A DNA stretch of 64,000 nt, taken from contig JAAOMT010000098.1 of the NCBI GenBank assembly GCA_016748015.1, positions 201,635-265,634 of the forward strand, given 5' to 3'. This document shows positions 51,743-64,000 of the stretch, in pieces. Within the stretch, counting starts at the first letter, position 1. Each line of letters opens with the position of its first letter. The notes below the pieces were generated by a model, which saw only the letters and a list, made by a program, of their open reading frames with translations, searched no databases and had not been told where the DNA came from. The position numbers were made by a program, and so were the translations under genes. Origin of the DNA: Geosiphon pyriformis uo1. Its lineage: Eukaryota; Fungi; Glomeromycota.

Positions 51743-53209
51743 TATTATTAACTAAAATTTAAGATATTAATTATTATAAATTATTTTTATAATTCTTATT
51801 ATTAATTAATATATATTATTAAATTATCTGAATTATTTTTCAATAAATAATTTAATTTGTATAAAACACAAATATAATTAAATTTGATAATTAAATTATA
51901 TAATATATTAAATTATATAACATTTAAAAATTTACCAAAATATTTAGAAAATTTGACAAAATATTCAGCAATTTACTAAAATAATTTATAGTTTGCAAAA
52001 ATAACTTATAGTTTAATAAAATGTATTTTTAATTGCTAAAATATTAGAAAAAAAATACTAGATTATAGAATAGTATTAAAATAAGTTATATAAAAAAAAA
52101 TCTTTTTCTTCAAGAAAATATATTTTTAAAATAATTTTTTTTATAAATTAACTTAAATAAAATTCAATTAAAAATAAAACAAATTTTTTAATTTTTATTG
52201 CTTTAAAATTAATTATTTTAAAATTAATTGATTATTAATTTCAGTAAATTGTTATTAACTTCTAGATCTGGATCTAAAATAATTTTTTTAATATTTTTTA
52301 TTTCTTTTTTTTAGTTTATTTTAATTTTAATTTTTTTATTTTCTTTTATATTATTGAGTAATTTACAATTAAAATTATTTGTAAAAGAATTGATTTTTAC
52401 AACAAAGCAACTATATATATTTTAAAGAGTTTACAGACAAAATATTTTTGTAAAAAAGTTAACTTTTACTGTAAAATAATTAGATAAGTAATTAATATAA
52501 AATTGGCTATTCTATTATAAACTTAATAACATATATAATCTAAAGTATAAAAAAATACTTTGAAAAAAAAATTAACTTATCAAAAATTTATTAGCTTCTA
52601 TTAACAGCAAAATTAATAGCAAAACAGCATTAACAACATTCAAAAAAAAATAGAAAAGCCTTTAATAATATTTGGTGTTTTTTTAAAAATTATACAACAA
52701 CTATATCAAAAGAGTGACCATATTTAACATAATAATGTTAGAGTATTATTAGTTGATTTATACTTATTGTAAACAATAATTTGAAATCTAAAATCGAATT
52801 ATAACTATTAAAAAAACTTTTTTTCAATATGTTAAAAATTACAATAATACAAAGTTAAACAAAATTTTTTTAAAAATTTATTTACTATTCAAATAAAAAT
52901 TCAGAAGCTATTGATATAAATACTTATATTACCTATTTTGAAAAATTTAATTATAATATTATCAAGATTTGTAAAGAAAAATATTCTGCCAATTTATAAT
53001 TTGTTTTTAAACTTGAGTTTAAATTAGAAACAAACAACAAAAACAAAAAAAAATATTAAACTAGTTCATACAATTCTTAATACACTAAAAACAATATTTA
53101 AATATTTGCAGATATTTAAATAAAAAACAAATATTAAACTACTACTTTTAATCACACTTTTTTAGTTTTATTTACTTAAGCATAAATACCAAACTTATTA
53201 CTTAATTGA
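51743..53209 (+). mobile_element. Family-C Gypsy 5' LTR (51743-52670), PBS and gag start; resumes at 63886
   Basis: LTR matches 34845-35782 (..CATTAACAACATTCAAAAAAA..TAATA), followed by TTTGGTG; interrupted by A3 with TSD TTGA/TTGG. Confidence 0.75.
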
Positions 53210-54010
53210 TATTATTCATAGAAAAAAGTACCAAAAAAAATAGAAAAAACAGATCATAAAATAGACCAATAGGAGAATAGTACTCAACAAATAAGCATAT
53301 TTTTAAGAAATTATAATATATTGTTAAAAAATAGTATAGAAAAAAAATAAAAATATATAGAATTTTATATAATACAAATTATATATATATAACAAGAGCA
53401 TTAAAAGCAGAAAAAAAACAGTAGCTAAAAATAAGTAATTATTCAATATTTTTCTCTTTAAAAGATAGTTTTTTATGACTTGAAGTAGAATTATACTAAT
53501 ATTAATAAAAATATTTATTATTATTTTATTTATATTGTTATTACTTGATTAATAAATTTTAATTACTTTTGTATTATTAACAATCTATGTTGATAGAATT
53601 TAATATTTAATTATACTAAACCAATAGTTTTTAATCACAACTATTAATAAGATACTAATTTTTTATTTTTTTGTTGATTATTAATTGATTAAAAAATTAA
53701 ATACTGAGTAATTAACATTAAAAATAATTTGGTAAAAAACCTATAAAACAAAAATAAAAACTTAAAAATAGTTTATTAAAAAGACACAACTGTTAAAATA
53801 AATCAGCCATTATATTAAAAAAAAATTTATAAAAAAAACTATTAATTGAATATTTGTTCATTATACAAAAGACTCAATTAAAACTTTCAGACTTCAAAAT
53901 CTTAAAAAATTACTATTATCAACAACTATTAAGCACTAAATTACAGGTTTGTTATTTGTTTTAATATTTTAAATAATTATCTATAATATTTAGTGTTTTC
54001 TGTAAGGTAT

Positions 54011-54946
54011 TTTTACTCATAAAAAAAGTACAAAAAAAGAAAACTAGAAAAACAAATAAGAAAAATAGACTAATAAAAGAATAGTACTTAATATATGAAC
54101 ATAATATTAGAAAACTATAATACATGATTCAGAAATATACACAGTACTAACAAATTAAGACACACTGTTTAGCAATATAAATAATATTAGTAAATTAGAA
54201 CATACTGCTTAACAATATAAGCAATATTAGTAAATTAGAACACATTGCTTAGAAAAATATAAGATTTTATAGAACAAAAAATATGTATATGTAATAAAAA
54301 TATTAGAAGCAAAAAAAACAGAATTGAATTCAGAATCAATATTTACAATCAATTAAATTATTTTTTACCCTTTCTTCAAAAGGTAGTTTTTTATAATTTG
54401 AAATGAAATTTTATCACATATCAATAAAATATTAATTATCACTTGAATTTATGTTATTGTTGTTTAATTAAAAAATATTTATTGTTTTTATTCTATTAAC
54501 ACTTTATGTTAATAAAATCTAATATTTAATTACACTGAAACAATAGCTTTTAATCATAGCTATTAATGAAATACTAATTTTTTATTTTTTTTTGTTGTTT
54601 GTTGATTTACTAACTAATTAAAAAGATTAAGTATTATGTATTTTGATGTTAAAAATAGTCTAGTAAAAGACTTAGAAATAAGAATAGAGAACTTGGAAAT
54701 TGAAGATAGCTTATCAAAAGAGCATAACTGTTAGAATAAATCAGCCACTATGTTAAAAAAATTTTAACAAAATAACTATTCCAGAAGACTGCTAAAACAA
54801 CCATTAAATTTCTGTTTATTATACAAAAAACTCAACCAAAATCTTCAAATTATAAAAACTTTTAGATATTACCAACTGTATCAGTTATTGACTATCAAGT
54901 TATGTGTTTATTATTTGTACCAACACCCAAATAATTACTTATAACA
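54011..54946 (+). repeat. Lineage-A solo LTR inserted immediately after the A3 PBS
   Basis: TTTTACTCAT...CTTATAACA with perfect GTAT/GTAT TSD; no PBS follows it. Confidence 0.85.
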
Positions 54947-57900
54947 GTATAATTTAGCAGAAAACCAGCATCAATATTAATCATTTAGAAAAGTGCCAAA
55001 CTAAAAAACAATAAAAAAAAGTCACTTAAAATTTGCAAAATTTTTATTTTAGTATTATTAAATACATTTAAGATTAATAAGTAAATATTAGTCAGCAGAA
55101 TTAGTTTTTAACTTCTACATTAATGAAAAAATTATATACTATTTGAAAGACCAAAAAGATTCAGAAACTGCCATTAAAAATTTGTATATAAAACTACTAT
55201 AATACACTAGTATTTTACAAAACCCTAGTTTTACTTCAATTTTTATAGAAATTAATTATAAAATTGAAAGATACATTCAGCAAAAGTTTCTAATTACATT
55301 GTAGATAAAAAAAAACAAAATATAAATACCAACAAATTTACTTAAATCAATATAATAACTTAATTAAAAAAAATCTAGAATTAGTTTTTTTATTATATCT
55401 ATTTTATTATTATATATTAGAAAATACTATTCACATATTATTAAAATTTATATTATCATTAATTACAAAAATATTTGTAACTTGAGTTCTATTTTAAAAC
55501 AATTAAGAAAAATCACAATTATTAGAAATCTATAACAATTATTTTAAAGAATTTAAATCATAACTAATAATTTCATTAGAACTTTAATTATTACTACCTT
55601 AATCTAATTTTAAATCTACCAATAATTAAACAAAAACCAAATCAGAAAAAAAAGAAGATAATGATTAAAAAATTAATAATCCAAACATAATTTTAAATAA
55701 CTCAGAAATTTAAACTTTAATTATTTAAACTTAGCAAAACCCAAAAAATTTAAACTCTGCTCTTATTTTTTAACAAACCTTATTTTCAGTTATTCTAATT
55801 AATTAATTGCCAGTAATACTAATTATCATTTATTAACAATCACAATAATAATTATTACTTACACTAATTATAAAACTAGAAAAATTTACTAGCAAAAAAA
55901 ACAATGTTCAAGCATAATTAAATAATATAACAAAAATTACTACAGTCAATAAATAAGATGATGTTAGAGTCTTTTAAATTATTTTCTACTTTATACAAAA
56001 TACTGCAAACTTATGATACCAAAATTTTGTAAACAAACTTTAAGATTTTAACATGTTTAAAATTGTATTTCTATAATATTTTAGCAATAATAATAGCATT
56101 AATTATCTGTTAACTAGCTTTACCACAATTAAGCAAAGTAATACTAAAGCAGTTATCATTTATTTGAAATGCTTTTATAGAAATTTGCACCAAATTTAAG
56201 CAATTAATACTAATTATTTTATAGTATTACAGATTTTGAATTAGTTTATTTGCAAATTATGCAGTAGTTTTTTGTAACAAGTATAATTATTAAATCCAAA
56301 TACTTTCCAAGATATAGTTATATATATCAAAAATTTCAAATTAATTAAACTTGAAGCCAACTATACTTAAGTTATAAATTTAGTAATAAATAAATCATTT
56401 AAATTAGATTCTAAGTTAAAATAATTTAGTAATTTTATTAACCAGAAATTAGAAAAATACTTAACTAATAATACAATAATTTATCAATTTTTTTAATATT
56501 GTGACAATTAAAAAAATCCAAATTAATTCTAAAATTATTTTTATTTATTATTAACAGTCTTAACAACTTAAAAATAACAGCAAAAAACATGTATTTGCTA
56601 CTATTATAATAAACAAAAACACTTAAAAATAAATTTTAAAGCAAAATTAAATAATTAATAATTAAGAAATTAATATTGAAACTCTAATTACAAGTTTTAT
56701 ATTTCAAACTTTATCAACTATTTATTATTAAGATCATATTAATATTAATCTTATTATGTACTAATAACATAATAATCAACATATATATTTTTAATATATC
56801 AAGTTTCAACATCTATAATTTATTAATTACTTCAATCTCAGATAATTTATTATTTCTAATTAGTTTAAATACTATCCTAAAATACTATATTAATATCAAT
56901 TAAAAGCCAAAGACCAAAAATTACTTGCACCCAACAAAATTAGAAATTAATAATAGTTATACTAACTAATCTTCAATTTATTAAACCAGCTATCAAAATT
57001 ACATTCAAAAAATTTAAAAAATATGTACATCCAAAATCCGAATTCTTAAAACTATTTAAGTCTTTTAGTAATTTCAGAAATTACTACATTCAATTTGTTA
57101 AAAACCAACCAAAAATTACTAACAAACAATATTTTACAAGAAATTATCATTGAAAATAAATTATTTACTACCATATTTCTATTTAAATTAGAAAAAAAAC
57201 TAAAAAACTTTTATTTAATAGAACTGTTTTTCATATCAAACTAATCACTACTATATATATTTATATCAAAGTTAATAGTTAATTTATCAAACTAATTTAT
57301 AATAATAATTTAACAAGTAGTATTATTACATAACAACTTATAAACCAATTAAATTACTAAGTTAATTGAACTGCCAACATCAAAATTATTACTATTAATA
57401 GAACAATTAAGACTCTTATTGGCAAAATTAATAACTTTTTATTCAAAGTTAATAGCATTATTGTACTTATTAAAGTTTTAGTTATAGAAGCCATATAGTA
57501 TCAAGCTTTTATTAATAACAACTGGCTGTTCAAAACTAATATTGTATTCAACTGAAACACTCAAGAGTTTCAGTTAATATTTAATAGTTAGCATATTTAA
57601 ATAAATGCTACCTGTGAATACTTTAAAGTTTTTTTAAAAGAACAACTATTAATTGAATAGAAAAAAGAAAAAAAAAACTACTTGAAAAGCCTATTAGGTT
57701 TTATAGACTAAAAATAAACACACCAAACTATCATTAATTTTTACTTAAGACAACAAAAAAAAAAAGAAAACAAACTTCAAACTACTACTATCACAAAAAA
57801 ATCTGCCAGCAGTTGAAATATTTTATACTCAATACCAGTACCAAGAAAATATTTATCTTATATTTTATTTAAGTACATAGATTACAAAAAAAGCTTTTAT

Positions 57901-60900
57901 TTATAAAAGCTTTGATTTTTTCAAAAGAAAAATACAAAAACATATATCTGTTATTATTGTAAAATATGCCACTAAAAATTTTTTAAATATCCAAAACAAC
58001 AGAAAAAATAAGACAACAAACTATGTTTAGTCTGTGAAAAAATTCTACTTGACAAAAAAATATAGAATAATATTTCTAGTTAAGAAAAAATATGTAATAT
58101 ATTATGCCAATACACAATTCTTATTAGTGACTAAATAAGCAAAAAAATGCTATTTAACACTACATAAAACAAAGTTTTTTTATGTTTGAACAACTACTTA
58201 TATAACAAAGATAAAATTTAATAACAAATATAAAAGTCAAAAGCATTTTATTTAATAAGATATTGGCAATTAAAAACAACTTACCAAAATCTGTTAAAAC
58301 TATTTTTATTTTAAACTCAGATATTTTTGTTAATATTATGAGCAATTCAGAACAATTTTATAAATATTATTAAAAACTAGTATCTATTTGAAAAGAGCAA
58401 AAGCAGTATTTAAAACAATTAAATGTTAAACTCTGTAAATATTGCTTAATTTCTAGTAATTTCGAATATTGTGACAATTGTAATCTTATTTACAATTTAC
58501 TATTCATAATTTATTTGATTTTTGAAGAGAAAAAACCAATCAGCAGTTGTATTTAGAATTAAAATTAACACTTAATCTTAATTTAAACTCTAATAATAAT
58601 GACAATAATTTTAATATTATTTACAATAGTAACTATAATAATAATAATTCAAACTCTAATAAAAACTCCAAATAATATATTACACTTTCAAATTTTTTAA
58701 TAGAGCAAGAACTTAAATAGTTCAGTAATAACAATAAAGATATTATGCCAGAATGTGTGTATAATATTGATGCAGAGTTTAATTTCAAATATTTTAGAAA
58801 AACTGCTATCTAATTGAAATTTTATTCATATACTACATAGATTTAAAATTAGCACTAGGAATTTTAACAACAACAATAGTTTAATTAACATCTAAATTTA
58901 GTTTAACAAAAAAATATTAATATTAGAAAAAAAATAATTAATATAAAATATATATAAAATATTATTATAATACTATAAAATAAATCAAAAAAAGCATATA
59001 CAATTAAATTAAATGAAAAAATAGCATAGACAATATTTTTGTTTCTAATAAAAATATTAATAAAAACAAAAAAAAAATTAAAAATAACAGCAAAAAAATA
59101 AATAGATTTGAATTTATAAATAGAATAAAAATACTAGTTAATATAAAAAAAAAAACAATTGATCAAGGAAAAATTATTTTCATCCATTAATTAATTTTAA
59201 TCCTATTATATAATCAGCATATATTAGTTATTAAGAGAAAAATAAAGAATTAATCTCAGATTTTTGAAGTAGACTCTATTATTTGTAAATTAAGAGAGAT
59301 TACTATTACAAATTTTTACATAATAGCCAAAAAATATAGACATATTAAAATTCTAATACACAATATAACTGGAGATTTAATTGAAATATCAGATAGAACT
59401 ATTATTAAATACTTATGTACAAAAATTAAAAATTAAGCACCAACCACCATTCCAAATTTTTGACAACTATATGAATATGTAGATATTATATTACAAACCA
59501 TTTACAAACAAAAAAAATACTACTTGCTATAATTAAAACAATTAAAACAAATAAATTTTGAAAATTTAAACCCATTCTAACATATACAAATCAAGCTGCT
59601 ATTTAATAATTTTATTAATATGTTTGTAAATAAAAACAAATTTGGCAGAATTAATATTATTCAGTACCAGATTAAAATTGAAAATACAATATTAATCAAA
59701 TAAAAAACATACTAAATACTATTTGTTAACCATAAGATTATTTGTTAAAAAATTAACTATATGCTAAACAACAAGTTAATTTAATTGTTAATAAGCTTAT
59801 GGTCATTACTAATAATACTTATTCAGAAAAAAATGAAAAAATCTGCTTTTGTGTAGATTATAGAAAACTTAACAGTATTACTTATAGAAACAACTATCTA
59901 ATTCTATAAATTTAAGAATTATTTAATGTTTTTAAAAGAAATAATAGTTTTTATATTGGACTTAGATAGTAAATACTAGTAAATAGTTATAAATTTAGAC
60001 TAATAAAAAGAAAACAGCATTTACTATAAAAGAAAAAAATTTTAAATTTGATATCATGCTTTTTGGCTTAATTAATGCTTCAATTATTTTCTAATAGCTA
60101 ATAGAAATTGTTAATATTAGACTATTATAAAAATTAGTAGTAGTTTATTTAAATAATACCAATATATTTTTTAAAACATTTGATGACTATTTTTATTATC
60201 TTTAACAAGTGTTTAAAAGATTAAAAAAAGCAAAATTAAAATTGAATACTATTAAGTATTTTTTTAAAAAAACTAAATTCAAGTTTTTGGAACATATTGT
60301 AAGCAAAAACAGCATCAAAACAAATTCAAATAAAATTGAAATAGTTAAAAACTTTTTAGTATCAACAAACTTAACAAAACTAAAAGCATTTTTGGGATTT
60401 ATTAGATATTATTGCTGTTTTATTTAAAACTTTTCCAAATTGGCTTAATTATTACACTAGTACTAAGCCAAAAACACCAAATATAAATAAATTGAAACAC
60501 AATAAAAAGTCTTTGATATTTTAAGACAAAAGCTTATTTAAGCTTCAGTTTTGATTTATTTAAATCACAACAAGTCATTTATTATTATTACTAATACATT
60601 AAATTAAAGATAAAAAACAGTATAATCACAAAAAAAACTAAATAAATAAGAATATTTAATAGTATATACTAGTCAAAATTTGAGTTTAGATAAAAAAAAC
60701 TATGACAGTTTAGTATTAAAACACTTAGCTATTTATTTGGCTATTATTAAATAGAAAAAATACTTAGATTAGAAGTTTCATATATATACTAATTACAAAG
60801 AATTAATATTAATTCAAAAGCAAAAATTTGGAAATAATTGTTATACAAGATAAAAAATAAAACTATTATTATTTAATTATGTAATACACTATAAAAAAAG

Positions 60901-63048
60901 AAAAAAAATAAAAATGTTAATGGTTTGTTATAAATAAAACAAATTTAAAAACATTTTAACTCAAAAATATAACAAAAAATAAATACACAAAAATATTAAT
61001 AATTTTAATATTATATTAATAATCAACAGTTTAAGAAAAAATTATCTTAGTAAAAACAAAACAACATAAAACAACAATTAAAATATTTTATTATTTATCA
61101 AAATATATTATATTAAAAAAAAAATAATCTAAACCAATTACTCAAAATAATTACAAAACAAAAAAAGAAGCAATACTGTTTAATATGTATTCAGATCTAA
61201 CTGCAAAATATTTTTATAAATAAAAAATTATAAAAAAAACCAAAAAAAGCTACTATTGGCTATTAATATATTTAGACATTATTTAATATGTTCAAATTAT
61301 AATACTTGTCAAAAAAAAAAAAAAAAACTTAGTAAATTATTAAAACCAATTAAAGTACAATTATTTAATTGAATCAAAATTGACTTAGTCAAACTATTGA
61401 CAATAATTAGCAAAAGAAATTAATATATAGTAATAGCTATAGATTATCTCACAAAATAGCCAAAAACTAAAGTCATTCAAAGAACAGATACAGAATTCAT
61501 AGTCAAATTCATATACTACAATTTAATTTATCAACATAAATATCTAAAAAAAATTGTTATTAGATCAAAAACTCATTTTATAAACAAAATATTGACAAAA
61601 TTAAGTTAAAAATTTGGAATTAAAAAACTATTATTATCTTTATATTATCTATAAACAAATGGCTTAATCAAAAAATTCAACAGAATACTATATGAAACAA
61701 TAGCCAAAATCAGCCAAAAAAACTAAAATAAATAAGATTTGTTTATATTATTAGTATTATTTGCTTATTAGACAATAAAGCAAGATACTACATAAATAAC
61801 ACTATTTAAACTAGTTTATAAAAGAACAGTAACATTACTAATTAAGATAGATATTAATACATATTTAACAGAATTAATAATAGAAGCCAACTTTTAAAAA
61901 ACATTGCTAAAAAGAACATATAACTTAATAAAAACTCTAGAAAAAAGATAAAAAACAGTTAATAACATATAAAAGTTACAAAAAAAACAAAAAAAACGAA
62001 ATAACAACCAGTTATCAAATAAACTGATTAAATTTAAGATTAAAAACAAAGTATTCTTATATTGTATCAAAGTAAAAAAACAATTGAATAGAAAGTTTGA
62101 TCTCAAATAAAATAGTTTATTTTACATTAAAGAAATTTTTGAAAATAAAGTTTATAAATTAATATAAAACAACAAAATCGTAATTAAAACAGCATATAAT
62201 AATTAACTAAAATCATATTACAATATAATATTATCATTTATCAATAATATTTCACAAATAAGAGTACAAAAAATACTAATCAAACCAAATAAAATTCTAT
62301 AAAATTTGGAACTAATTATAATTATTAAAGAAAACACAAAAAAGTATATTAAAATAAAATATATAAAAACACAGTATGTATTATAAATACAAAAATAAAA
62401 AATAAAAATCTTTAATTACATTTACATAATAGCACAACAATTGTTTTAAGTCATAAATTAACAACAATTAAACATAGAAATTATTATTAATTATCAAACA
62501 ATTTATTATAAAAACACAAAAAAAAAAAACTAAAGATCACTTCATATTAGCAATTACAGAACTAAACAAAGCACTAGTCAGATAAGATTATAGAAAAAGT
62601 AAAGAACACTTTTAAAAAAATACCAAGTACTATTCTAATAAAAAAACTAACTAAAAAAAATTGAAAGTTATAAATAAAACAATTTTTAATAGCATACTAC
62701 TATTACCAATTAAAACAAAAACTGAATATTTAAGAATTATATACTGACAAATCCAAAAAATATTCAATCAAAAAATAGTACAACAGATTAAAGACTTTAT
62801 TAAAAAGAAATAAGTTATATATTATATATTAAAACAATTTATTGATTACATACTGTGTTTTAAGATTATCCAAAAATATTACTACATTTAAAAATAAAAA
62901 TAATAATTATTAACCAATAGAGAAAAATAACCAACTCTCAATTTAAAGACATAAAAACCAGAATTGAACAAATAATATTAAAAAAAGATGTAATAAACTT
63001 AATTTAAATAAGAATTTTAATAAAGCTCAATATTAAAAAAGAAAATAA

Positions 63049-63881
63049 TATTACTCATAAAAAAGAATACCAAAAAAGATAAAAAAACAGATTATAAAAT
63101 AGATCAATAGAAAAATAATACTTAATAAATAAGCATATTTTTAAAAAATTACAGCACATTTCTAGAAATTAGCATATTTTCAGAAAATAGCATAGAAAAA
63201 AAGTAGAAATATATAGGATTTTATATAATACGAATTATGTATATATAGTAAAAGTATTAAAGACAAAAAAAAACAATAGTTAAAAATAAATAATTATCTA
63301 ATATTTCTCTTTTCAAAAGATAGTTTTTATAATTTAAAATAAAATTATACTTATATTAATAAAAATATTTATTATCATCTAATTCATATTGTTATTGTTT
63401 GATTAAAAAATATTAAATATTTTTGCATTATCAATAATTTATTTTGATAAAATTTAATACTTAATCATATTAAACCAATAATTCTTGATCATAATTATTG
63501 ACAAAATACTAATTTTTTATTTTTTTTCTTATTTTCTTTTATTTTTTTTATTTTTATTTTTTTTGTTGGTTACTAATTGATTAAAAAATTAAGTACTAAA
63601 TAATTAATGTTAAAAACAATTTGGTAAAAAATCTGTAAAACAAGAGTAAAAAACTTAAAAATAGCTTATTAAAAGAACATAACTACCAAAATAAATTGTC
63701 TATTATATTGAAAAAAAATTTACAGAAAAAACTATTAATTGAATTTCTGTTCATTATACAAAGAATTCAACCAAAACTTTTAGACTTCAAAACCTTCAGA
63801 AATTATCATTATTAATAATTATTAAACATCAAATTCTGGGTTTGTTATTTGCTTTAACACTCCAAATAATTACTTATAATA
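63049..63881 (+). repeat. A3 3' LTR
   Basis: TATTACTCAT...CTTATAATA after the PPT AAAAAAGAAAATAA, homologous to 53210-53988. Confidence 0.9.
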
Positions 63882-64000
63882 TTGGTTTTTAAGACCAAAA
63901 AACTTTATTAAAAGTTTTATTCAACAGCCAGAATTAATTTATATTAGCACTAACTTTTAAAGAAACTAATTTAAAAACTTAGCCAATTTTTTTGCTAATT

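Larger units (their letters stand above)
53210..63881 (+). mobile_element. Full-length, very decayed Ty3/Gypsy element A3
   Basis: LTRs at 53210-53988 and 63049-63881, TSD TTGA/TTGG, colinear with A1 (gag ~55880, protease ~57250, dUTPase ~58760, RT ORF 60209-60427, integrase ~61200, ORF3 ~62350-63036). Confidence 0.9.

Overview
Extremely AT-rich, CpG-depleted eukaryotic DNA that is almost entirely a nested retroelement graveyard. The Sel1/TKL-kinase and lipase_3 relics and the element families point to a Glomeromycotina fungus, Geosiphon-like from recollection only. Three near full-length decayed Ty3/Gypsy elements of one lineage (A1 8913-18477 +, A2 18691-29250 -, A3 53210-63881 +) share an unusual layout: LTR, PBS, single gag-pol frame, protease, ~300-aa Cys-rich insert, dUTPase, RT, RNase H, integrase without chromodomain, extra ORF3, PPT, LTR. 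Also present are partial Gypsy copies, four solo LTRs with 4-bp TSDs, a LINE (RT, RNase H, Zn finger, (TAA)n tail), two ORF1-only non-LTR elements that carry the LINE 3' hairpin, a pogo-type DDE fragment, a Sel1-kinase pseudogene and a lipase_3 pseudogene. No intact gene is evident, and nearly all stops trace to C>T/G>A changes. The main leads are (i) a ~100-codon frame inside the LTR whose stop is the TAA of the terminal TGTAACA and which is in frame with an ATG-less gag, (ii) the Cys-rich plus dUTPase module in pol, (iii) a conserved unknown ORF3 at the env position, (iv) ORF1-only LINE parasites, and (v) U3/U5 swapping between LTR lineages.
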